Source of the DNA: Wallemia ichthyophaga EXF-994
Lineage: Eukaryota; Fungi; Basidiomycota
Reading direction: 5' to 3'
DNA length: 62,000 bases
NCBI RefSeq assembly: GCF_000400465.1
Contig: NW_008806280.1
Location: forward strand, 144,001 to 206,000
Shown here: positions 13,732-24,992 of the stretch, piece after piece
Position numbering within the stretch: the stretch's first letter is position 1
Layout: each line of letters opens with the position of its first letter
Position numbers and translations under genes: made by a program
The notes under the pieces: model-generated
Told to the model about the DNA's origin: nothing
Database searches by the model: none
What the model saw: only the letters and a program-made list of their open reading frames with translations

Positions 13732-14114
13732 TTTGAATTGAATTTAGCTGATATTTGGGCGTTTCAGACAAGATGATAAAACCAATTAACCAAATTAACC
13801 AACGGGATCCCGGAAATACTGATAAAACTGATCGATAGACACATGCTCATCTCGCTTAGACTGCGGCAGCTATACTGGCTGGCTCAGCTGGTGTAATCAA
13901 TTGAGCTGTAAATTCCAGTCACGCGGCTTATCTGGATACCCTGTTAGCCCTGGATGCCCCATCACAGCGATCCATGTAAGCGTGTTGATTGAAATATAAA
14001 AATATAAAAACATCAGCGCTATCATGTGTTTTCGTATGCCATTTTCTATCGGACACGACCGGAGACTTGTTAGACTGGAAACACGTCATCTCTCTCACCT
14101 CTTACACTCGCAAA

Positions 14115-15061
14115 ATGGCAGAAGAAGTGAAGGACGCAAAAGCAGCGACTAAATCATCATTGAAATCGTTTCTCTCTGGTGGATTTGGTGGTTCAATGGC
14201 TGTCCTCGTTGGACACCCGTTCGATCTCACCAAAGTGCGATTGCAGACAGCCGAAACGGGCGTCTACAACGGCGCAATTGACGTAGTGAAGCAGTCCATA
14301 GCCAAAGATGGCGCTAGAGGTTTGTACAAGGGCGTTCTTCCACCGCTCGTTGGCGTTACCCCCATTTTCGCACTTAGCTTCTGGTCTTATGATCTCGGCA
14401 AGAAAATTGTCTTTGGTTGCAGATCAGAACAGGCTAATAGGGAGAAGGGCACCTCTCTTTCTACGTCTGAACTCGCTTTCGCCGGCTTCTTTAGTGCTGT
14501 TCCTACAACGCTGATTACATCACCCGTCGAACGCGTCAAAGTGCTCCAGCAGACTGAGTCGAAGAAGGCTGGGATGGGTAGTGTCATCAGTAGAATGTAT
14601 AAAGAGGGTGGATTGAAGAGCGTCTACAGAGGCACGGGCGCTACTTTGGCTAGAGATGGTCCTGGCTCCATTGCTTACTTTGTCAGTTACGAGCAGATCA
14701 AGAAAATGCTTACCCCAGCCGACTCAACCGGTGAACTCAACCTCGGCGCTGTTCTCACTGCAGGTGGTTTGGCTGGCGTTACTATGTGGTCATTCGCTAT
14801 ACCGCCTGATGTTATCAAGTCACGCATCCAATCTGCTCCTGAAGGTGTGTACAAGGGTTTTGTAGATTGCGCTGTGAAGACTGTCAAGGCTGATGGCATG
14901 GGTGCATTGTTTAAGGGTTTCGGACCTGCAATGGCTAGAGCATTCCCAGCCAACGCAGCCACCTTTGTGAGTTGAATAACAGCATTAACGATAAAGCTTC
15001 TCACATATATTCACAGCTCGGCGTCGAAATATCAGCAAAAGCACTCGAAAAAGTGTTGTAG
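14115..15061 (+). CDS. CRC1: Mitochondrial carnitine/acylcarnitine carrier
   Basis: Three carrier repeats (GHPFDLTKVRLQ, SPVERVKV, IPPDVIKSRIQ) and RAFPANAATF. The last exon, after a GTGAGT intron, reads LGVEISAKALEKVL*. Confidence 0.88.
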
Positions 15062-15130
15062 AGGAGGATGACGAGTCTTGTAATTTCAACGCGATTCATG
15101 AATGATAAAGTATGGAAATTGAAAAAACGT

Positions 15131-15932
15131 TTAAAGGTCAGCGTCATCCTCATCTGGGAGTGGAGCAGCAGCTGCTTGTTCTAATTCTTGTTTGTATTGA
15201 GCCATCAGAGAAGGATCGACCGCAGCTTCTGGAGGAGCAAGAGCAGGAGCAGCAACGAACTCGAGACTTTGGTTACCAGCGAGCTTCCTAGCCAACCACA
15301 AGAAAGGCTTTTCAAAGTTGTAGTTTGACTTTGCGGAAATTTCAAAGTACTGGAGGTTCTTCTTCCTGTGGAAGGTGACAGCACCGGTCTTGACCTTGCG
15401 CTCCTTGACATCGACCTTGTTACCGCAGAGGACGATCGGAATGTTCTCACAGACTCTCTCCAAGTCTCTGTGCCAGTTTGGAACGTTCTTGTAGGTAATT
15501 CTAGAGGTAACATCGAACATGATGATACCGCATTGGCCTTGGATGTAATAGCCATCACGCAATCCACCAAACTTCTCTTGACCGGCCGTATCCCAGACGT
15601 TGAAGCAAATTCTACCAAAGTTTGTATCAAAGGAGAGTGGGTGGACCTCTACACCAAGCGTGGCAATGTACTTCTTCTCGAATTCTATGACGCATTATTT
15701 AAACGTGGATTCACCGCCATTACGATATCAAACTCACCACCAGTCATGTGACGTCTAACAAAGGTTGTCTACGCGTCACGTTAGTTGATTGTACGCTGGC
15801 TTGGACCATTTCTCACTTTACCAGTACCACCGTCACCGACTGGATACACGTTAGTTGAGTAGCCCACGCCGCGCACGCTCACTCACCGAGAACGAGCTTG
15901 AATGTTGGAGGTGCTGCTGCTTCTGCTGACAT
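15131..15932 (-). CDS. GSP1: Ran GTPase
   Basis: Spliced [55 protein letters not shown] and acidic tail LPDEDDADL. Three coding introns. Confidence 0.97.
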
Positions 15933-15981
15933 CTGCAATTCCTGTTAATTTCTTCTTTTTTGTGTTTCTGCGTCTCCTCAC
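15933..15981 (-). other. Probable 5' UTR intron of the Ran gene ending directly at the ATG
   Basis: GTGAGG...ATTAAC...TTGCAG|ATG, 49 bp. Confidence 0.65.
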
Positions 15982-16210
15982 CTTTACTAGTCGTGGTGAA
16001 AAGCGAGTTTTGAGCGAGTTTTCTGTCTTGGGAAAATATAAAAAAAATTTATAAGTCGTGTGTTTAGGGGTGCTGTGTGTGAGTACACAATTGTAAATCC
16101 CTTCCTCCCTTTTCTGCGTTTAAATCAAGAGAAAACATGCATTGGTTATTATTATCTATCAATGTAAAGTAGGCGAAAGTGTATTGTCCGTTTCATATGA
16201 GAAGAAATCG

Positions 16211-17029
16211 TTACTTGGCTGATTGCTTGCGCCCTGCGACGTGCCCTACCGACACCGGTCTTCCAGCCACCCACGACGCCCTGCCGCCTTCTGAGGGCGA
16301 TTGGAACGCTGATTTGAAGCTCGACTGTCTCGAGTTGACCGACGACGACCGGACTGACGGCGCTTTTGGCGTCGACCCGTGTATCGATGTCGCTGCGCCT
16401 TCCGCAACTGTGACGCACACAAGCGGGAACGCTCCCTCTCTGAAGGACGATCCTAGGATCTGGCCAGCAGCCCATGCATCGTCGTAGATCCGCGTCACTC
16501 TGATTGTCTGGTCAGGCATTATTGTCAGCTCATCTGGGAGCGCTGCGTTGTAAGGATAGAGAACGAATACGTTTGATCTGCAATTCCGTTAATCTGAGCT
16601 CTCGTTTTCAATGTCGCCGCCTCACCCGGGATAAATGAATGTGTCCTGCGATTGGTTGGTGTCTTTGTAGCTGTCCATCAGGTTCGGCTGGCTTTCTTCT
16701 GCGGCTCCCCCGCTAGAAGTCTGTACAGACTGCTGGATCGAGTTCCTGAAGTTGTCGTCGGCGTTTGAGCCCGGCTTCTCCAAACCGTGGTCGTAGTGGT
16801 GGTCGTGATCGTGATCGTGGTCGTTGCTCAGCGGCTGCGGAGGTGGCTGGCCGTAGTTGTTGCCATTCTCCGCGCTGTTGATCTTCTCAATGTTGTTCGA
16901 CCTCGTCTTCTCCACTGCGTTGCTGCGTTTCTTCAGAAGGTACAGCAGCACAAATATAATGGCTATCAAAACTACTCCAACGACTACTCCTACTACGACG
17001 CCTGCAATGGCTCCTCCTGATAATCCCAT
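16211..17029 (-). CDS. Single-pass membrane protein with C-terminal SH3 domain
   Basis: N-terminal TM (GGAIAGVVVGVVVGVVLIAIIFVLLYLL-KKR). Removing the 48-bp intron 16578-16625 joins VLYPYNAALPDELTIMPDQTIRVTRIYDDAWAAGQ...EGAFPLVCV, an SH3 consensus. Confidence 0.82.
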
Positions 17030-17179
17030 TCTGCGTTTCGAATATGACGGTTACTTGTTATGATCTGTTTGCGACGGCCTGTGCGTGGTAAGTCTTAACG
17101 AACGAATATTTTTAGTGAGTGGGTGGAGGTGGAACAATTATCGGTGACTTGTACCGCTTTATAGCCGCTTTGATAGTCT

Positions 17180-17542
17180 ATGGTATTGTGGATGCTCTAT
17201 TCTTTCCCATAGTCGTCCTCCTGCACGTCGGCAACGCAGGTCAAATTTTTCTGCACAGACGGCTATTGCGAGAATACATTGTTGGTGCTCCTGAATGAAT
17301 GGCTCTATGCGTCGCTCCTCTTCTCTCTCCTCTACGTCCTCTCATTTCCGCTGAAACTCGCTTCGGGGGCTATTCCCGGCGAACCACACACATTATTCAT
17401 CGGCCAGGGCATTATGTTAGGGTGGTCATTCGCCGCCCTAATTGCCCGCCGTAACCCATGCGCTCGCACGGATCATCAAAGTTGTTTCACCATCCAAGCT
17501 GTCACTCGGCATTGTGGAGGTGCGTTCGATCTACAGCGATAA
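17180..17542 (+). CDS. Possible small hydrophobic protein; model unresolved (could be a pseudogene)
   Basis: Hydrophobic frame LLVLLNEWLYASLLFSLLYVLSFPLKL...IMLGWSFAALIA. The only nearby in-frame ATG (17180) is separated from it by a TAG at 17210, and no clean splice model was found. Confidence 0.25.
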
Positions 17543-17709
17543 GGATCGCAGGCTTTGTAGTGCTACGTTTCAGCTCGTGCGTAATCTCATGTACCTCTAC
17601 GATCACTTCTCTCTAATCATGGGAATCAATTTTTTGACATCTTCTAATCACACAATGCGTAACTGATTATACATCTGTTTATGATTCTATACAATACATT
17701 AAATTTGCT

Positions 17710-19292
17710 CTATTTCAATGCACGCGGTTTTTCTAAACGACTCTTAAGCTTTCGAGAGTGGTGGAGTGCCTTCCTGGGCAGTGTCTTAATAGCCTTGACT
17801 AAGCCCAGTGGATCGTGAATATTCGACAGCGAGGCCATGAATGCCATAACTATGCTGATCCCGACAAGCACATCAATGCCGAAATCCTCAACGATGAACG
17901 ACACAGCGAGCGGTCCGACGATGACGCCTGTGGTGGACGTCGCCAACGCGAGCGACACAGTAGTCTCGATAAACGGCGGGTTGATATCACGCGACATATT
18001 GCCCCACATATTGGGCATTGTCGGAGCGAGTGTTGCGCCTATGAATGCGTTGAGAACGCTCACTGGCGCTATACCGCGCACTTTATCAATCGATACGAGG
18101 AAAATGCACGTCAGCCAGAGTAACATTAGGTTCGAGCGCTTGTACCCCACTCTGCAATACAAATGCGAGAAGCATAGCATGCTCACCGTCGCACCGGAGC
18201 GGTACACCGCTAGCTCGAATGCACCAATGGAAAGTATTTTGAAGTGCAGATCCTTTACTTCCTTAACATACGTCGACATCCAATGCGCCCACCTTTTTGA
18301 ATCGATTAGCGCCGCGTCTCCAAGCAGAGCTCTACTCACGTTTCGGTGATGAGCTGACTCAGTGTGAGTGAGAGTATCCTCTTCCATAGCTTCTTGTCTG
18401 CCACCACATCCCTCCACTTCTGCTTTAACGGCAGCACGTCTCCTTTACTCCCTGCAAGGATGAAATTTCTAAAGACAAAGAACTGGACAATACCCAGAAA
18501 TCCAAAATACGCAAGGAATATCCAGAAGAAATGCTTCCATGTTGTGAAATGCTGTATCAGACGTAGCAGAAATGGTGCCGTAGTCTGGCCGACGGAACCA
18601 AAACCGTAGATAACGCCGATCATCGCGCTTTCCCTGCACTGCATCAGCACCGATATAGCCATACTCCTGCCCATTGCAATCCCGATGCCGAGAGTAGCCA
18701 TACCAAAGACGAAGACCTGCATCGGTGGGCCGAGTGCGAGCGAGAAGGCGCCGATGCCAATGATGAATGACGAGAAGAGCGTAGTGACTCTGACGCTAAG
18801 ATATTGCGACATGAGGCAGCCAATTAGAGGACCAAGAACGGATCCTGCGCCGTACAAACGAACTGAGATAATCAGATAATTGCTCTTGATCTTATCGTTG
18901 ATATCGAGCGATGATGTTAGCGTGTCGACAAAGGAGTCACTACACCCAAAGCCTACAAACAGCAGCAAGACGACTCCGTATATTAGCCACTTGTCTACCG
19001 CTTTCATCGATTTGGTGAAGAGTTTGCCGAATATCCATACTCGTCTGATAGCGCCATCGCCTTTGGAATGCTTTGAATTCGCCAAGTCATCGATTCTAGA
19101 TCCACTCTTGATCTAAGACGTAATTCATTGCTTTTACTCGATCTTTTTTATTACATTTTCGATCAAATAGAATACTTGTCGTCGAAGCGGTATTCGTCCG
19201 GCATTCGAGCGCCGTGGAAGTGAGCGTATTGAGGTCGATGTGCAAGGAGAGAAGATCGGATTGTTCGGAGCGGCTTGGAGCACGCGGAACAT
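17710..19292 (-). CDS. Divergent major facilitator superfamily transporter (FucP/BSC6-like)
   Basis: About 12 hydrophobic segments in two halves joined by a 47-bp GTGAGT..CTAAT..AAG intron (18293-18339). The 5' exon (ATG 19292, intron 19113-19175) is tentative. Confidence 0.7.
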
Positions 19293-19448
19293 TGCCAAAT
19301 ATTATTCTCACAAGCACGTTATACCCTGCGGAGTCCACTATTCATTTGTACCTAAGTATCATTTGACTTAAGGGTGCATTCTCTTGCATGACCACGTGAA
19401 TGTTCTTGGTACTTAAATAGTGGGCTTATTTACCTTTCATCCTCAACA

Positions 19449-22386
19449 ATGAAGCTCAAACTCGCAACAGCCGCGTTTGTCTCAGCCGCGGTGGCACTTA
19501 CTCCACTATCGTCTGAAGACTACACAAGTAAAATTAAAGACTGTCCCGGATATGCGGTCGACAGTGCTCAAACTGAACATACTACAAACGGTCTCAAGGC
19601 GCACCTCCAGCTGGCCGGTGACGCATGCAACGCTTTTGGTGAAGATGTACAGAACCTCACCTTAGAGGCGACATATGAGACTAAAGAGCGTCTACACGTC
19701 AAGATATACGATCAGGTGAGAATGGTTTCTGACACGACGGCGAATACCAATCTAACATCTGAGACAGGAAGAGAAACATTTCCAAGTCCCTGAAGATATC
19801 TTTGAGCGTCCTCAATTTGAGGAAAATGAGGCGCTGAAGAACAGCTCTGATTTGCAGTTCGACTACACAGAAGCACCATTCGCTTTCTGGATCACTAGGA
19901 GATCTAACGGCCAAGTATTGTTCGATACACGCTTATCAGAAATTCCATCCTACAGCGAACCTTTCGACGCAAATGATACATCGGCAAGCGTCTCGGTGAT
20001 GCCTAACCACAATCTTATCTTCGAGCCACAATACATACAACTGTCATCGGCACTCCCTCAACAGGCCAACATTTATGGTCTTGGTGAGGCTGTGACACCA
20101 CACTACCGTCGCAACAGCTCCTACACCCGCCAAACCAACTGGTCAAACGACGAGGGCACACCTAGGAACACCAACATTTATGGAAGTCATCCATTCTACA
20201 TTGAAAATAGAGTGAAAGATGGCAAGTCTTTCAATCACGGTGTATTACTACTCTCTTCGAATGGTCTTGAGACCTGGCTTAGGGATGGAGTATTTCAACA
20301 GAGAATCATTGGCGGTGTTTTAGATTACTACTTCCTTTCAGGTGGTGAAGGTGAAAACAAACCAGCAGACGTTATTCGCAACTACTCTGAAGTTGTAGGC
20401 AAGCCATATCTCCCACCATACTGGACATTAGGATTTCACATGACGCGTTGGGGATACGAGAATGACAGCGACTTTGAATCAATCTTGAACGATATGCGCG
20501 ATGCAGGGATCCCGCAAGAGTCAGCATTCATGGATATTGACTTCATGCTCGCTTACCGTGATTGGACAGTCGATCAAAATCGATTCAGCAGACTGAGAGA
20601 GATTGTCGACAAATTGCACGAGCGTGGTCAGAAATTCGTACCGATCCACGACAACGCTATTCCTATCACGAGAAACGAGTCAGATGCATATGATTTCTAC
20701 ACAAGCGGCCACGAGCAGGATGTCTTTATTAAGAACCAGAATGGCACTGAGTACATTGGACAAGTTTGGCCAGGTGAGTTGCAATTTTTTCGTACAGACA
20801 AAGCTAATGTTGGTTGAGGTTACACTGTTTTCCCTGATCCATATGCCGAAAATGCTACCAAATGGTGGACAGAGTCGTTCCAGAAGTTCCACGATGAAAT
20901 TCCTTTCGACTCTATCTGGCTTGATATGACAGAGCCTGCATCTTTCAACTCTGGGTCTCTCAATGGGATGGGTCCTCTCGCTCAATACCAACCTTCGGAA
21001 GTCACGTCGTGGCCAGAGGGTTATAATAACACTATAAGTGGAAACAGCGGAAATATTACTATCGATGGGGATCTCACATACAAGCAACAATCACAGCAAT
21101 CACCATCGCGTCGCCAGATGCTCAGTAGACGGATGGGAACGCTTGAAACGGTGGATAATGATCTGGAGAAGCTCACGTTCCCACCCTACCAAATCCACCT
21201 TGGAACGCCGGAAGAGTTTTTCACGTTGGGACACGATACGGTATCTGCTAATGCAACGCACGAGAATGGGTTTGACGAGTATGATGTGCACAACCTGAAC
21301 GGTCATATGGTGGCGAAGATGACACGTGATGCACTCGATACTATCTACGGGGGGAACAGATCGATGATTATAGCGAGAAGCAACTTTGTTGGAATGGGTA
21401 CCTTCTCGCAGCACTGGCTTGGAGATAATTACTCAACGTGGATGTCTATGCGCGACTCAATCAAAGGATTGTTCCAGTTCAGTGCTTTCCAGATGCCATT
21501 TGTGGGTGCAGACGCGTGTGGATTCGGCGGCAACACGGACGAAGAGCTGTGCACGAGATGGATGATGCTCGCATCGTTAACGCCGTTCTACAGGAACCAC
21601 AATACACATGGCGCGATACCGCAGGAGCCATATAGATGGGACTCTACAGCGAATGCTACAAAGACTGCAATCAACACGCGCTACCAATTACTACCATATA
21701 TGTACAGCACCTTGTACAAACAGTCAGTCGATGGAACGCCAGTGATGAGACCGCTTTTCTATGAATTCCCAACTCACTCTGAGCTACTCGATTGGGATGA
21801 TCAATTCTTGGTCGGCGATCATCTTCTCGTGTCGCCAGCGCTCTTCCCTAACGTTACACAAGTCGACGCTTACTTCCCGGGAGATGAACCATATTACGAC
21901 TGGTACAGCCACCAGAAAGTGAATGTAACTGATGAGCACTCTTCAGTTACACTCGATGCTGGTTTGACTGATCTCAATGTACACTTGCGCGGAGGCGCTT
22001 TCATGCTGTTGCATAGCGAGCCTGGAATGACCGTCACGGAAACTACAGAGACGCCATTCAACGCATTGGTCACACTGAGCAAGGACAAGAAAGCGGAAGG
22101 ACAGTACTACTTTGACGACGGATTCAGTCAATTCAACGAGACAGTCACATGTGTCATGTTCAATGTGAGTGCAGAGGGAATGCAATCGCGCGTCGAGATG
22201 AACAACTACGATATCGGTCAGCCACTGAACAGGGTGGATATTATAGGCTGGGATGGAGAGCCACCAAAGAGCGTGATGAATGGGGATGCTCAAGTGGAGT
22301 TCAATTACGATGCTGATAGTCAAACACTCTCACTTCACAGCTTGAATCACATGCTGAACGAGTCGATGGACATTACTTTCGATTAA
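19449..22386 (+). CDS. Secreted GH31 alpha-glucosidase
   Basis: Signal peptide MKLKLATAAFVSAAVA, CPGY, NIYGSHPFY, PPYWTLGFHMTRWGY, nucleophile motif WLDMTEP, acid/base HWLGDN, PFYRNHN and QEPYRW. Two introns. Confidence 0.93.
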
Positions 22387-22704
22387 TCTTCTCAATGCGA
22401 TTGATTAGATGATTTGATGACTAACGTGTATAAAAGGATATGAATGCAATGCCTTAACCTGTGATTTGATTAATGACGTGTGCTTGATAGTGTCATTGTG
22501 CGATTATGCGCTGATTGCAGGAGATAGTGCGTTAATGAGATTTCGATGAGGCTGCGCACATATAGAAAGAAAGCCACAGTACGTGTACACATGTCATGCA
22601 TGCCATATCGATGTAATATTACAATTGCTAAAATTTTCATGCGTCCGAATAAGAAACAGAGAGAAGAGCGATGAAATGATAAGACCCAAGAAACAAGAGC
22701 TCAT

Positions 22705-22943
22705 TTAAACGAGATAACTCTCCAAGACAGTTGCAGATTTGCCTAATGGGTGTTAGATGGGTGTTGAAGAAATCAAGGAATCAGAAACTCACGACGTTGC
22801 AAGTGCTCCCTTGGAGTACGCTCAACTGGCTGTGGATTGAGTTGCAATTTGCTTTGTGCGGCTGTGTCGGTTGCGGATGGCCTGCGGTGGGCGATAGGTG
22901 ATTGTGGAGAAGCGGTGGAGAGGGATTGAGCTGCCAATGTCAT
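22705..22943 (-). CDS. Spliced 62-aa microprotein of unknown function (absent from ORF track)
   Basis: AAA-ATG at 22943, a 151-nt exon, a 50-bp intron (22743-22792: GTGAGT...CTAAC...TAG) and an in-frame second exon ending TAA at 22705. Confidence 0.65.
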
Positions 22944-23176
22944 TTTAGATGAAGAAGAAGTATCAAGGAAGATATGCGCCCCTTAAATCCACCGGCATGC
23001 GTGGCTCGATTTGAGACTAGAAGCGAGGCTAGGCCAGCTGAGATTATGAGGCGGAGACAGGTGATCTAGCGGTAATTAAAACAACTGTGTAAATATGATT
23101 ATTTTACAGGATAATTTATTTAATTATCATTTTGGCGTGCATCGTGCATCTCCACGCTTAGTTCAATACATCCACT

Positions 23177-24759
23177 ATGTCGAGCAGCAGCGGCAATAGC
23201 TCCATCGTCGCTGTACATTACCGAGTTGGCAAGAAAATAGGAGAAGGCAGCTTTGGTGTGATATTTGAGGGTGAGTCGATTGATTGGTTTAGTTGGTTGA
23301 TTCACTGACGTGGTTTCATAGGCACAAACCTCCTTAACTCACAGACTGTGGCTATTAAATTCGTGCGTTTATTAGGAATTTTGAAGCAACCGCTAATAAC
23401 CAATAGGAACCACGTAAATCAGATGCACCACAACTCCGCGATGAATACAGATCCTACAAAATACTCGCAAATTCACCGGGAATCCCTCAAGTCTACTACT
23501 TTGGTCAAGAAGGCTTGCACAATATCCTTGTCATCGACTTACTTGGCCCTTCGCTTGAAGATTTATTCGATATGTGTAGCAGGAAATTTAGCATAAAAAC
23601 GGTCGTAATGACAGCCAAGCAAATGATTTCTAGAGTTCAATCCATTCATGAGCGTAACCTCATCTATCGTGATATTAAACCTGATAATTTTCTCATTGGT
23701 CGTCCGAATACCAAGAATGGCTCCACTGTTCATGTTATTGACTTTGGTATGGCCAAGCAATACAGAGATCCAAAGACTAAGCAGCACATTCCTTATAGAG
23801 AGAGAAAATCCCTTTCTGGCACTGCTAGGTACATGTCCATCAATACTCACTTGGGTAGAGAACAATCTAGACGCGACGACTTGGAATCATTGGGTCATGT
23901 CTTCATGTATTTCCTTCGTGGTGGACTTCCTTGGCAAGGCTTGAAAGCTGCTACCAATAAGCAGAAGTATGAGAAGATTGGTGAAAAGAAGCAACTCACT
24001 CCCATCAAAGAGCTCTGTGAGGGCTACCCGGAGGAGTTTGGCATCTACCTTAACTATGTTAGGAAACTTGGATTCGAAGAAACCCCCGATTATGATTTCT
24101 TGAGAGATTTGTTCACTAAAGTGTTGAAGAACTCTGGTCAAGTTGAAGACGGTGTCTACGATTGGATGTTGATTAATAACGGAAAGGGTTGGGAAGCTGC
24201 TCAATCATCTGCACACCGTGATCATCATCACAGACATCGTGAGAGAGAAAGAGAGAGAGCAGACTATAGAAGATCTCAAGCCGCTGCTGCTGCTGCTGCT
24301 GCTGCAGGTGGAAATGGACAAAGTGGTAACACAGCAGGTGGCGTTTTACCACCATCTCCCGCTTTAGTCAGACATGGATCGAAACGTGGTCGCAATACAG
24401 GGAATTTGAACACGTCGTCACAGATGCTCACACCGGCATCACCCGCTAATGGTCAGCAACCACCGAATTCACGCAGACAGTCACAGCAAAACCAAATGAA
24501 TAATCAACATCCATACGCCTCCACTACAGGTGCTGTTATGTCTCCTTCAGATGCTGGTGACGGAAATGCAGGATCTCCTTCGCCTGGAAGAGAAGGTAAT
24601 CGCGGGAAAGGATATTTTAACAATCAACAAGAAAATCAAGGTATATCAAATCAAAATGTTGATCAAGCTGGTGGAATCAATCAAACTAACTCACAGGACA
24701 AGTCTAAGAAAGGTTCAAGTAATAAATTAATGGACATACTAACTTGCCGTTGTATATGA
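23177..24759 (+). CDS. Casein kinase I (Yck/Cki1-type)
   Basis: [44 protein letters not shown] and [30 protein letters not shown]. Low-complexity tail ending CRCI. Confidence 0.95.
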
Positions 24760-24992
24760 GGTGATAGAAAAGAAGAGAACAAGATACCAAAGTCGATATA
24801 GTAAAATTCAAAGATTGAAAAATTTCACTTAGGCTCCCTTTCCACTAATCATCACTTTCATACCCCGTGAAGCTTAAATAGCAAAGCTGAGATGGCACAG
24901 CTGAATTGGCACATGAATCAATAAGAAGAATAACTGAATAAAACACTCATTTCGCTTAATATTTACACTCTTTTAATACATTGTTTAGTTTA

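Noticed and set aside
13875-13925. TGGCTCAGCTGGT...GAGCTGTAAA resembling a tRNA-Tyr D-arm and anticodon
   Set aside because: Oversized D-loop, no T-arm (GTTCRA) and no acceptor stem.
15690-15870. Shared TCAACTAACGTG in two Ran introns
   Set aside because: An extended branch-point consensus that also occurs in the SWP1 intron, so not evidence of duplication.
18293-18417. Overlapping ORFs suggesting a frameshift in the MFS gene (similarly in GH31 near 20775-20926)
   Set aside because: Explained by canonical short introns that restore the frame.
22414-22514. TGATGA...CTGA as a possible box C/D snoRNA
   Set aside because: Imperfect C box, no terminal stem, and no rRNA-complementary guide that I could recognise.
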